From Cercozoa sp. M6MM (lineage: Eukaryota; Protista; Endomyxa: Ascetosporea): a stretch of DNA of 64,000 nt. The notes beneath the pieces are model-generated. The model did no database searches. It was not told where the DNA came from and worked only from the letters and a program-made list of their open reading frames with translations. The stretch is from NCBI GenBank assembly GCA_040357565.1, contig JBDODJ010000026.1. One strand, written 5' to 3'. This document shows, in pieces, positions 37,993 to 50,852 of the stretch. Position numbers and translations under genes: made by a program. Numbering within the stretch: the stretch's first letter is position 1; every line of letters starts with the position of its first letter.

Positions 37993-39021
37993 ATGTCGGC
38001 GCAATGGCCGCCAAAGCGGCCATCACAACCACCACCACCGGTCAGACAGACCAGTGAGAGCACAGAGCAGGCACCAGTTGTTTCCACCGAGAACAATGTG
38101 ACCGAGTCAGACACGCCGTCATTGTCGTCTCTGCCCGTCCCGAGGAGGAAACCGATGCCGCCACCTCGAAAGGCACCTGCCGCACCTGTCAGACTGTATG
38201 TACTTTCACATTCGGCTGGCTTTCCTCTGGGCATGTCAGGCGGCTGTCTGTAGCACACCAACACCCCCGCTGACACCACCGCCAGGCGCCGGCGAGAGAC
38301 TGACTCCCACGTGCCCTCATCTCTCTCAGTGGTGTGTACCTGTGCCCATGTGCTGACTCTCTCTGCTGCTTTATGCAGACCACCGCCACGTCCCGCACCG
38401 TCGCGCGTGTCTCCTGCACCGCCGCGAGCAACGCCGCGTGCCGGTGCTGCTGGTGCTCCTGCTACTGCTGCTGCTGCAGCAGCTGCTGCTGTACGTCCAG
38501 TCCCGGCGGCACCCCCACGGCCACAGCCGCAGCCGTCTGTCGAAGCAGCACAGCGTATCTCAATCTGCCCGCCGCAGCAGGTAGCCTCTATCCCGCCCGA
38601 CTCTACCTGCAGGTGTGATATGACTAACCTCTCGTGTGCTGTCTTGTGTAGCCACCTGTGCGGGCAGCTGCAGTGCCGGGATCGGCACGAACATCGCCTG
38701 TGCTGCCGCCGCAGCGACCGCGACGTTCGTCGGACCCGTCGGCGCCGCGCTTCAGTCTGTCGGTACCTGTGCCTGTGCTTGTAGTGTTGTCGAGCACTCC
38801 CGTGTAGCTGCAGGACCGACCGGTGCCGGCACCGCCTCCGCGCAGAAAGCCGGCGGCGCCGCCTCGAAAAACACCGCACGAGGACGGCGGCTTTGACGCC
38901 ACCACCGAGTCGACCACGTCGAGCACTGGCACCACAACCACAGCGGCCGTCCATGCCGGCGTTCAGTCGACTGTTCCCTGCACCGCCAAGTTCGACCTGT
39001 CGCGTCTCAACCAGAGACTGC

Positions 39022-39052
<31 letters not shown>

Positions 39053-41211
39053 CACGGGCAGCGAGTCGTCGTCGCCCTTGCCCGACAGCGGTCGGAAACT
39101 CGGTCCGCGCGATCACGCTGCCGTGGAGATTCTCACGACTGAACGGACCTTCTGCAAGGTAGTCTCTGACCTGAGAGCCTGTCGTATTGAGTCAGCTATC
39201 CCTATCTTCCACCCTGATGCGTTGCTGCTGCTGTATGCAGACACTACGCGACATGGTAGAGTCAGTGATCCGTCCTGTCAACCAGTGGATCGATGCCGAA
39301 GGCGATCCCAAGTACCTCCACTCTGCTCTGTTGACTCTGTGTTTGTGTGTGGATGTGCATTGTATGCCTTGGGTGTGTCTGTATTGATAGGGCCGTGGAA
39401 GGTTGCGCACAGTGTCGCGCCCTGGGCTCGGCCGCAGTGACCCTCGTGCGACTGAACGAGCGCTTCTTGCAGGATTTGGTGCTTTAGTCTTGAGCCTCCT
39501 CATGCCTCTGTTACTTCCTACCACACGGGGAGGTATGCTGGTGTGTAGGAGCGGCGTCTTGTCGAGTGGTTCGACCAGGACCTGCCGCCAGAGTCGCCGG
39601 AGCGCGGCAAGCGAAAGAAGATGGGCGACCTGCTTGTGGAGTTCGCACCCTTCTTCTCAATGTACAGTCAGTATTCGGCGCTACACGGCCCTGCTTCCGA
39701 GTGGCTCGTCGAGCAGGTACATCGCCCCCCCCCCCGGCCTTGTGTCTTGTCTGTACTACATCCCCAATGTCCAGATGGAGAAAGGACCGGCGCGACTGAG
39801 ACAGATCGGGTCGGACGCCGAGCAGCGCACGCTGCAGACGGTGTCGTCGATGCTGATCGCGCCGATCCAGCGCGTGCCACGCTACCGCCTGCTGTTCGAG
39901 CAGTTGCTGAAGCACACGCCGCCTGAGGACCCCGACCACGCCGTGCTGTCCGAAGCACTCGAGAAGGTGCACAAGGCGGCCTCGCACATCAACGAGGAGA
40001 TTCGCAAGTTCGAGAATGCGCGGCAGATGCGCGAGTTGGCTGCCATGTTCACCTCGGACCAGGCCGACCTGGTGTCTCCGTCGCGTCGCTTCCTGCGCAG
40101 GGGCATGCTCACGAAGGTACTACCCCCCGCAATCCCTATTGTGTCAGGATTGTATCCCCCTGCCTTGGACAGGTTTGCCGCGATAAGGACGAGCAGTACG
40201 AGTTCCTGCTCTTCTCGGACCTGCTGTGCTACGCCTCGGCCAGCAAGACGCGGCGCAACAAGCTCCAGATGCACCGCAAGATCCCGATCGACGCGGTCTT
40301 TGCCGTGCGCGACGTGCGCGACGACGAGGCATCACATCGTGCCTCCTCTCTGTCCTTCCCATACGTTTTATACATGTGTGTATGGTGTATATGCATATGC
40401 CTGTATGTATATATAAAGATTCTATATGTATATAGAGATATGTATCTGTTGATATGGCATATGCAGCGCACACGATCATGGTGGTGAACTCGGTAAAGAC
40501 CTTTGCCGTGTACGCGCAGACCGAGGCCGAGCTAGGCATGTGGAAGAGCGACTTCCAACAGGTGCTGCAGGAGCGCGACCAGCAGCTCGCTGCGCGCTCG
40601 GCCGCCGGCGTCGACACGGCCGTGGACGGCACGGCCGCCGCGCCCATGTTCTTGTCCTCCAAGGCGACGCGTGAGTGCGAGATCTGTGCGCAAAAGTTCG
40701 GCTTCCGCGTGACGCGACGCACCTGCAAGCTGTGCGGCCGCGTCGTGTGCTCGGCCTGCTCGCGCACGCGGCGCTCCATCGCGCGTCTCTCCGAAGGCTC
40801 GGGCGCTAAGAAGACGCACCGCATCTGCGACGTGTGCGAGCAGCGCCTGCAGCACGGCGCCTCTATGGACGAGCTGGCGCGTGAGAGCATCGCACTCGGC
40901 ATGGCACTCAACAAGCAGCGCAAGGAAGCCGCCGGTGTGTCGCCCTCGCCGGCGCCGACACCCACCGGGTCGACTAGCCAGGCACACTCGCCGGCGCAGC
41001 CTGTCTCGCGGCCGCCTCCCTCGGCCGAGGAACGCGCGCGTGCCTCGTCGATGGCGACGCCAGGCAAGCTGCAGACCAACCCTGTCGTCATGGCGCAGCT
41101 CGCGAAACTCATGCAGCAGGTGCCAGTCGGGGGGGGGGGGGGGATTCGTGTCCATTGACTGTTGAGGTGTCACAGAACATCGTCAAACGACAGCAGCAGC
41201 TGCAAGAGTAA
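37993..41211 (+). CDS. FGD/frabin-like RhoGEF (Pro-rich, DH, PH, FYVE-like)
   Basis: EILTTERTF, FAPFFSMYSQYS, LIAPIQRVPRYRLLFEQLLKHT, RRFLRRGMLTK, FLLFSDLLCY, and an 8-Cys finger CEIC...CKLCGRVVCSAC...RICDVC. Confidence 0.92.
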
Positions 41212-41934
41212 GCAAAGTCTGACGTGAGCACGAGTCGTGGCGCCGCCATGTGCGCCCATGAAGTCGCGTTCGGTCGGTGTACTCGTGCGACCTAGCTAGG
41301 TTCTAGTAGGTACGTACAGTCCGAATAGCACATGCACAGTCGACGTGCGTAGCGTCGACGTCCCTGTGCCACGTGCTAGTTGCTACCGTGGTACAGGTCG
41401 ATTGAGTTAGGTTAGCTAGGATACTACCTCCTACCGTACGCTAGCGTAGTTTGACTCAGCAAGCTACTGAATTCGCGTCGATTGCTGATCAGTTGGGTCA
41501 AAAATTAAGCCTAACGAAAGTGCCTTCGGTGTATGTTTCGCTGCCGCATCCGTATCTTTCCTCATGGTTTGGTGGTAATCAGTGCCAATGTGTCGTCGGC
41601 AGCACGTGCACAGCCGGTCGGCCTTGAGAGAACCGACATTCGCCGGGGGTACGTACCCGTATCAGAGGCACTCGCTTCAGCTCACAGTACGTGTCATTGC
41701 ACTCAAGGTTAGATAGCTAAGCTGAGCGAGCGTGAATAAACACAACACGCAACTTCGCTACGTCTTCACCCGGCGGTTTCGCTACTGACTTCATTGAACC
41801 TGTCGAGTGAACTGGAAAGCACCTTGTCAAAACCGTATCATCACTGTCCAGTGTGCTGGCACTGCCGATTGCAGACGATTGAAGGAAGTCAAGCCAAGGG
41901 TTGAGCTGTTGGATTAGTTGTGTATATCTTTCTA

Positions 41935-42928
41935 GGTCGTCAGGTCAGACGCGTTGGTGCGCTGCGTTTCGCGGAGCGGTCCAGACCAGTGACTCGTGTC
42001 AACCTCAGGGAAAAGTTCAGTTGGATCTCCTGAAACGTGGAATCTCAACTCAAACCGAACTCGACGCAGAATGCGTCCTAGCCACTTGAGTGAGCGTCAC
42101 ACAGCTGTCTTAAGAGAGGGAATCAAGTCGACACGACCGAATCAATCACCGATGGAAAAAGCTTCGCCTGTGCCGCCGTTGGGCGACGAGTACCTTCACC
42201 GAAAGTTATCGACCCTGGAACTTGGTGATGAGCACCACGTCGTGACTGAAGAGGTTCTCTTGCTATTACTTGACAGGTTTACAGGTTTAGCGGGTACGAG
42301 TCAAAGGAAGATATTCTATGAATACCTGACATTTACTTCCAGGGAAAGCGTCGAGTTTTCGCGACGTTTTTGAAGCACTACCCGGAAGACAGCAGCTTCG
42401 AAGAGCTGGACGAAGTGTCGGATGGCGACTGGCTTGATTGGTTTTTGTGGCCCGACGTCACGCTGGAACATGTATTACACCGCATCCGTCGGAGTTTACA
42501 GGCGTATCGATTGCACGACATTAGCTTCGTCGGTAAAATACGGACCTTGAACTCAAACTGGTATCGGTACGAGCGCATAACATAGGAGAAACTGGCTCCT
42601 CCTCAATCGCTGCGTCGACGTCGGAAACAACAACCTCCGAATCCAGTGGCGACAACGTTCCACTCGTGAAGAAACCGTTTGCATTCACCGACAAACGCGG
42701 AAAGGGTACTGGTCAAGCTTTGTTTTCTATGTTGTAAATTATGTGTTGGCAGCGGGGAAAACACCACAACTGCGGCCAAAGGCTGCAGCGCCTACTGCCG
42801 AGCGGGGAGAAGCTACCACCGAGAAGGCTGCAGAAAAGAGCGCCACCGCAATTGATACTGTAGGTGGCAGAGTACACGGAAGACAGCGGCGTGCAGCGAC
42901 ACGTTTTGGCGAGGAATACGTCACCTGA
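41935..42928 (+). CDS. Multi-exon hypothetical protein
   Basis: Exons link through GT-AG introns (KRRVFATFLKHYPEDSSFEELD...|GETGSSS...|AGKTPQ...EEYVT*). No family recognised and the start is uncertain. Confidence 0.5.
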
Positions 42929-43350
42929 TTTAGATTTGCATCATCGCACGTTTCGTAGTTCTTGAATGTGGTTTTAAAATTTAGTCGGAAACACGCTTAA
43001 GTTTACAGTAAATACACTAGATGTTTAAGAAGCTCGTGAGTTGAAAGAAACTGACGTGTACTGAAACTGAAAAAATCCCCCCCCCCCCCCTCCCCTGGAC
43101 AACAGTATGGCTCGTATTGACTGTATGCTGAGCATGCAACAATCTGATGTGTCTTATAGCGGCCGACGACTTTGTTGACATCGTTTCCGCGCGGATCTCT
43201 GAGCCAGACGTGTGACTGCATTGCAGGGGTCACTGAGGTATTGGAAGGCACAAAAGCCGAGCCTCTAGTCCTGCTTTGACTCTGCTTGGACTGTGAGGCA
43301 GAGGTTGGAGAGCTGACCTTTTTTCTTGTACTCAACCTGCGGCATTTAAT

Positions 43351-45709
43351 ATGGATGACGTTTCGGTAAATTAAATCAATGTATTATATTGATTCAGTGT
43401 TGTCACCCCGAGAATGTTATTTGGGTCAGTTTGCGCAGCACTTTGATGCGTTTCTGGAACCAAGTTTTGAACATCTAGCAGATGACACCGACAACAGCGC
43501 AGGCATGTTGTCTTTGGACCTCGCCGAAGGCACAGGACCTACGTTGCCGAACCTCACTGAATCTCTCAACCAGTCCGTCGCCGCTGATCATGAGCCTTCC
43601 ACAAACAAGCGAGGAAAGAAACGCTCGAGATTGCATGAAGTAGAGGACTACAAGTACGCACCTCGCCAAGAAACTACGTAAAAAATGCTTCGCACCTCCC
43701 TTCAGTTGTTGTTTCAGACGGACTCTAAACTCAGGACAATTTATCGATATTCTCCGCAGGGTCTGTCCAAGTTGCATGATGCAAACCGCAAAGGCCATTC
43801 CAAACGAAAGCAATTTAACCACTGGTACGGTCGAAAACCAATGCAGCTTGTGTAACCACAAATGGATGACTCCGGTGGAGCGCATCCCTTCGGATCTCTT
43901 GTAAACTTACAACTTTCCTCCAAAACTGAAATTTGCAAGATCCGATTTCCTCGCCTCTCTTTTCTCTCTTAGCATTCAACCATCGAACGTGTTCTGCTCT
44001 TGTCGTCACTGTGGCTCGTTTATCTCGATAACCACACCGGAGAACTTTGTCGAAATGACAGCAAGTACAATTTACTTAGTTTTATAGCCGCATCCACCAT
44101 CCATCGTGTTCAAGTTTTTGCTGTTGTCTGCAGTTCGCGTCCAATGCCCGCTATGCCAGTTGATATTCGTTCTCACTCTGCACGAGGCCGTGGCTGCTCA
44201 CAAACTAGACGCTACTAATTCGCCTCGACAGACTGGGGATAATAACAGCAATTTGCTGCGTGCTCCTGAAATCCCTGTGGCGCACAAACGAAAGAAACTG
44301 GGGTTGCTCACCAAGTACCGCCGTTCTTTCATGACAGGCACGCAGCAAGACCCTGGCTTTAACATTCCAATGACGAACAAAACAAAGCCGAAGAGACGAG
44401 GACGAAAGCCAACCAACAAGAGAATTGAGTACCCGACTGCTCAACAGAGAGTGGAAGCCATGAGCGAACTTCGTGCGGAACTACCGGTGAATCGTGTCTT
44501 GGGAGGCGTGCGTGCAAGTTGCTTTGTTATATATAGTACACTTGTGCTCGTAGACCTTGGCACCTGTTCATCTGGCGGGACTCGAAGTTGCTGGGGCCAG
44601 TCCAAACATCTTGATATCGACTTCGCCTCTCCCCCAACCCTGCAACGAAATTCTGTTTGCTGATTGTAATTGACAAATCCATCAGTTGCCCGGATACTAC
44701 TGAAAAGAACTCAAGCCATTGTTTGATTGATTCAGGGCTTCGCCGACGTCGTGCCGAGGAAAGGCAGCAATACCATTTTCCACAAGCCACTATTAGAATT
44801 CCTTGCCCGCGTTGTTCGCACTCTACTCCAGTTGACCGTCCAGATCGTATCACGAGACAGATAGGATGTTTGGCGTCGCGTTGCTCGCAACCTGGATGCG
44901 GTTTCTTCTTCATGATGTAAAACGAGTTTAAATTTTACTTCAGTTTCTTTCAATAATGCGGTCTGCTAATACGTTAATGTTAATTTACCTCTGCAGGCCC
45001 CACCTGGAGGTGGCATTTCCGCCAAACATTCGAAAGAATCAAACAATTGAGTGTGTTTGTCGTCGCTGCGGGCACGAACAAAGCTGCACCGCAGATATAT
45101 CTAGCGAAACATCCAACGTGCTGTGCCCGAAATGCCATTGTGTCTTTGAACTCGCGCAGTACGACGTCGCCGCTATCATGCACTCACGAGGGTTTTATCT
45201 ATTGATACTTGAGTGCAGTGAAGCAGGGCGCTGTGCTTTCACTGGGAATTAACTTTTGTGATACAGTCGCGAAGCACTGCGAACAGACGTGCTCGCTGCG
45301 TTGCGCTTCTCACGGTAACGATTATGTGCCCGGCATATTCACAGAATCTACTGAATATTTATAGGCTGCGCACATTTTTTCTCGAACGATCGTTGAAGCT
45401 CATGCAGCTCCAACAAGAAGCTGCATTTTTGCATACTGCAATGACAAGTGGAGTTCACCTTCTTCCTGAAGTAAATTCGAACCTAACATACATTTTAGCC
45501 CAGGAGCAAAGTATATCCAACGAGCGTAGGGTGACGATTTACCGACTTCGGTTCCAACCGTGTCTGAACTGCTTAAGAATGTGCAGCCGGACCAGCAGCA
45601 GCAACCTGAACAACAGCAGCCGCAACAGCAACAACAGCAGCACCAACAGCATCAGCAACAGCAACAGCAGCAGCAGCGACAACAACAGCAGCAGCAACCT
45701 GAGCAACGG

Positions 45710-45749
<40 letters not shown>

Positions 45750-46028
45750 GGCATCAACAATCTGGCCCAATTAAGCAAGAACAGCAGCAACAAACTAAAA
45801 ACGAAAGACAAGAAGCTGAGAACGACCACCCCTGTGAACAAGACCAGATGCCGAGCAAAGTTTGCGCTTCAGAAAGCTATGTTCCAGATCAGGCCGAAAC
45901 CGTTCAATCCAAATCTGCACAGGCAGTTGACACATTTTTTTTCTGCAGACGAAACTGACTTTCATCAGATTCACCAACGCGCAGAAAGCGCCAACAGCAT
46001 GAGTAGTGAAGAACCCACGAACGCGTAG
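43351..46028 (+). CDS. Hypothetical nuclear protein with AT-hook-like motif, Cys-pair (Zn-ribbon-like) region and polyQ tail
   Basis: KRGKKRSR, KPKRRGRKP, CPRC...CSQPGC, CRRC...CPKC, polyQ at 45590-45790. Exon structure approximate and it may be more than one gene. Confidence 0.5.
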
Positions 46029-46452
46029 CGTCTTGCTCAAACTGAGTCTAGGCACTTGATACGACAACGCAACCAAACTGAACTGGGAGCAGCTGCAGTT
46101 CTGGTCGATATGGAGTACGTACGGTATATACGGTACACTTGACCGCGCGAATCGAGCCACCACGTGCGTTCGCCGACACGCGCTCGTCGCGTATGGACTC
46201 GAGAGAGATCAATCTTCGCCTCCGGATTTAGCGCAGTTCGTTCAGTTCAGTTCGCGTCGAGTCTGACGTGAACTTATCGATATCAATATCTGGATCTCAA
46301 TATCTGAATTAAATTCACCCGCCCGCCCACCGCACGGCACGTCCGGTCGACGTCAGTTGACGTCAGACATATAACGTAATAATAAACGCTTTCGGAACTT
46401 CGCATCACCATCCATAGCTAGCGCGCGCGCGCGATCATGCCGTGACGATACA

Positions 46453-46584
46453 TTAGTCATGAAATTGTTTTTCAAAGGCAGACCGGAAATCGACAAAAGT
46501 GCCCGCCTCAATGTGCCGACGAATAGCGGCAAAGAAGCGTTCGTACCCTGCGACAGCGCAAAATAAATCCAAGCAATGGTCAAG

Positions 46585-46628
<44 letters not shown>

Positions 46629-46728
46629 NNNNNNNNNNNNNNNNNNNNNNNNNNNNNNNNNNNNNNNNNNNNNNNNNNNNNNNNNNNNNNNNNNNNNNNN
46701 NNNNNNNNNNNNNNNNNNNNNNNNNNNN

Positions 46729-46818
<90 letters not shown>

Positions 46819-48408
46819 CACACATTGTGTTGTGAAGATCAAGCACAATCATGCCGAGCATTTCGCCGGCGGTAAACTAGACAAACCAAACGGTGGAAGA
46901 GAAAACTATTTCAGGACACAACAAGTACCAAATGGTGCACGTAGGCTCGCGAATAGGCAAACTCGGGAACCTGCATGGCACGCACGGCCTGCAGATCGGC
47001 GTCGGAGCACTCGCCCTCGCACACGAGTGTTCGCGTGTCGAGACTCAAGCTCTCGTCGCGAACGTTGAGCTTGCTTTGTGGACTGCTGCCTTGCAGTGGG
47101 TCTGTGGCAAACGTGGCGAACAGGCCCTGCTTGGTTAACTCGTGCGGCCAAGCACAGTCGATCAAATCGATGCCGGCTTCGACGGCATCCAGCACGTCCA
47201 GCGGGTGACCGGACGAGTTCATCATGCGCGGCATCTCAGCAGGCAATCGTGACACAACTTGCTGCAAGAGTCGCTGCCTTTCCGCACGGGTCTCACCGCA
47301 CTCAAGACCGCCCACAAGCTACAATAAGAAGGTACGCCAAGTGAGACACAAGTGACAACGGTGCGAACAACGTACCACACCAGTAACAACACCGTTGGAC
47401 TGTTGGATTGTGAGCAGTGCCTGTTCCGTTGCCACACGACGACACTCCAAATCGCTGCCACCTTGAATCGTTGCGAACAACTGCGGTCGCTTTTCTGCAA
47501 CAGGAACACTTGTCTAATGTTGCTTTGGATACAAAATACAGTCAAACACACCAGCTTCGACCTTGGCAAACTCCGCACACTGCCGAGCAAGCCTATTGCA
47601 ACATATACACATAATATATATATATATATATAATACTAAACACACAAAGACACACAAGAATACCAGTCCCGAGACAGGTGCAGATTGCGACTGGCGCGGT
47701 TGCGACTCGGCGCCAGCAGCGACTCGGCACTCAGAGCGCACACAATGTCGGGTCGCAGACGCAGCTGTCTCTGCGCGTAGACCTCGGGAGTGACGCGCAC
47801 GTTGCCAGCATGTGTCGCAATCGTCAGGTGCTTCTTGTTGACCGGTCCCATGTGCCCACCACCGCATTCGCGCGCACACGCAACCGTCAGCGACTCGCCA
47901 AAGTTGAGAAACGTCTTCACTGAGCCCGACACGCGCTGCACCGTCTCTGACGGGTCTGCCGTTCCCTGTTCAAAAAAAAAACAGGCCAAACGAGTGAATC
48001 CGAAAGAGAGCAGCCCTCAGTTGTGTCAACAGAGTGTGTTAATACCTTTGCCTTCTTGGAACGACCGCTACCTGGCTTCGCAATGAAATGCGTGTCAGTG
48101 AGCTGCCATCCGCGCGGACGCAGTTCCTCGGGTAGACGCTCCAGTAGGTCGGCACTGAGAAACTCTGGCGCACCGTTGAGCGTCTGGTGCAGACACAGCG
48201 GTGTCGTACGCCCACGGAACGTCAAGGCACGTGCACGTGTCATCAGAGAATCGCCTGCCTGTCTCTGACACCTGCGCGAATATGTTAATGGTGTCGAGAA
48301 TCCGTGGAACGTGGTCCACTCCTAGAATCACCCCACTGGTGTAAACACGCGCTGGCGCCGGTCACAAGCGCCAAGCACGAGCGCTCGATGCCTTCATTTT
48401 GTTTCATG
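46453..48408 (-). CDS. QTRT2: Queuine tRNA-ribosyltransferase accessory subunit
   Basis: TTPLCLHQTLNGAPEFLS, PLDVLDAVEAGIDLIDCAWP, YSRAYVHHL|FTAGEMLGMIVLDLHN, YERFFAAIRRHI. The catalytic TGT motifs are not evident. Start approximate. Confidence 0.85.
46587..46814. repeat. (AC)n, 100-N gap, (AC)n(AG)n compound microsatellite in a QTRT2 intron
   Basis: Directly visible. Confidence 0.95.
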
Positions 48409-48503
48409 TGGTCACACGGGCGCTCCGATTCAGTCAACGGCAGCACTCCCGCGCTATATGCAGCGATGTGCACGCGGTGAGCCACTAGCTGTGCCTGACA
48501 TCA

Positions 48504-48975
48504 ATGCGAGCACAACTTGCGCGATCGTTTTTTGCGCCGACGCGGCGTGCCGTAACACAGGAATGTGTGCATATGAGCGCCCGTCAATTTGGGGTCGCGG
48601 CCTGGGCGCAGGAGCGCCTTGAACGCAAGGTCACGCAAGAGGTAGATTTGATCAAGTTGCCACCCCGCCATTCGCAGAATTCGTTTGATAAATTGTGATT
48701 TATTTGTGTTTTGTTTTTCCGTCAGCTGCAACACTCAGTCTTCCACGCGGACACACTCGTTTCACACGGTCTGCCCGCAGGTCCATTCCGACTGACCCGG
48801 GTTCCCGTCTTCGCCTTCGACGAGAATCGTGATGAGGTGAGTCGGGGTCTTGGGTGTGTGTCAGGGTCATTGTTCGACTCTTCTAACTTTCGAGCAGGTT
48901 GCAGAGCAATCAGCGAGCGAACGATTGAGACTGGTTATTGAGAACACGCCGGATGGTGCCTTTTGCTCTTGTGTG

Positions 48976-49065
<90 letters not shown>

Positions 49066-50584
49066 CGTGTGTGTGTGTGCGTGTGCGTGTGCGTGTGCGT
49101 GTGTGTTGTGTCGTGTCGTGTCTGTGTAGTTGAATTACACCTTTGTGTGCAGTGAATCCGTTCGAGCTAGCAGAGGAGGATTTGAAGCAAGTCTTTGAAG
49201 GTGTGCGTGGCATGCTGGGCAGTGATCACCCACTTCTCGCCAAGGTGGCTTCGTACCTGTTTGAAACGCCTGGCAAGGGCATGCGTCCTCTCATGTAGCC
49301 TCTTGTTTTCTCTCGCTCGTGAGTGTGTTTACTTTCTTTTACTATGTTGGCAGCTGCATTCTGCTGGCGCGTGCTCTGGCGTGGACGGAACGAGCTGCAC
49401 CTGCGTTGTCTGCTCTCCCGGAGATTGCCGTGGCCACTGACGGCGCCGTTGCCGGCTCGTCGCGCAGCAGCGTCGACCGCGAGTTCGACGAGCTGCAGGA
49501 GATGACGGTGCAGCCGGCAGAAGCGCTGTGGACGCTGAGCAACGACGAGCTGCTGGAGCGATGCATGTCGGATGCTGCCGACCGTCTGCACATGCACATG
49601 CACATGCAGGAGCCGGGCGCGCACGCCGAGACTGTCGTTGACGAGTCGCTATGCGAGCAGGAGGTTCGTCCGACGCCGCGACAGCGATCGCTGGCGCAGA
49701 TTGCCGAGATGATCCACACGGCCTCGCTGCTGCACGACGACGTGATCGACGAGAGCGACACACGACGCGGTCGGCAGACGGTGTCGGCACTCTTTGGCAG
49801 CAAGGCCGCCATCCTAGGCGGCGACTTCTTGCTCTCGCGCGCTGCTGTGGAACTAGCGTCGCTCAAGTCACACTCGTGCACGGCGCTCATGTCGCGTGCC
49901 ATCGAGGCTCTCGTCAAGGGCGAAATGCTGCAGTCGAACCCTCTTGACCAGTACAGCCTTTCTTTACTTCTGTGTGTTTGTGTGTATCTACCGATGTGCC
50001 GTGCACGCAGAGAGGAAGTTCCTGCACGACTTGCGAAATACACTGTGAAGAACTACTACAAGACGGCCGCCTTGCTGGCGAACTCGTGTCGTAGCATCGC
50101 CTTGCTCGGCGAGCACAACGGACTCATGCAGCAGATCGCCTACGAGTTCGGCAAGCACTTTGGCCTTGCCTTCCAGATCGTTGATGACATCTTGGACGTC
50201 ACGTCGCCCTCCACGGAGACGGTGCCTTGCCCTTGCTTCCCACGAGTCTCTCTCTATCTCTCTCTAACTTCTCTGTGTGTCACACAGGGTAAGCCAGCAC
50301 ACGCCGACATGGAGAACGGCGTGGCCACGGCGCCGATCCTGTACGCGTCCCACAGGAAACCCGAGCTTAATGCACTGGTGGCAAGACGCTTCCGCGGCCA
50401 AGGCGACGCCGAGACCGCCATGTCGGTGCTGCTGTCCGACGAGTGTGACGGCCTCGCACGAGCCCGTGCGCTCGCCGAGTTCCACGCCGGATGTGCCATC
50501 GCCGCGCTGCTGCAGCTGCCGCCGTCGCAGTCACGTTCTGCGCTCATTCAGCTCGTGCGTGTGTGCCTGGAGCGCAGGAAATAG
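48504..50584 (+). CDS. COQ1: Long-chain trans-prenyl diphosphate synthase (Coq1/PDSS1/SPS type), probably mitochondrial
   Basis: GKGMRP, EMIHTASLLHDDVIDESDTRRG (FARM), AILGGDFLLSRA, YYKTA, GLAFQIVDDILD (SARM). The R/A-rich N-terminus resembles a presequence. Confidence 0.92.
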
Positions 50585-50671
50585 CCGACGAACTGCTCCG
50601 CTCAACGCACGGCTGCGCTGATAGAAATTCGAAGTCGAGTAGTTATATATTACTTTACAACGTCGGCCCGC

Positions 50672-50804
50672 GCAAAATCAGAATCAAAGAGAGGTAAAGG
50701 GGGGTAAGGGGAGCAAAGAGGGGAAGGCGGGTTAAGGGGAGTTAAAGGGGTAGATATTTTGGGGGGGTTCGCGTCGGTTTTGCCTCGAAAAACCCGCCAT
50801 ACCC
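50672..50804. mobile_element. Left-truncated second copy of the 19870-20090 MITE
   Basis: Shares gcaaaatcagaatcaaagagaggt, ggggtaaggggagcaaagaggg(g)aaggcgggt, ggggtagatattt and the right TIR tgcctcgaaaaaccc(t)gccataccc. Confidence 0.85.
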
Positions 50805-50852
50805 CTGTTGTACTTTCTCAACACGACAGCCTGAAGCAAACTAAAAACTACG

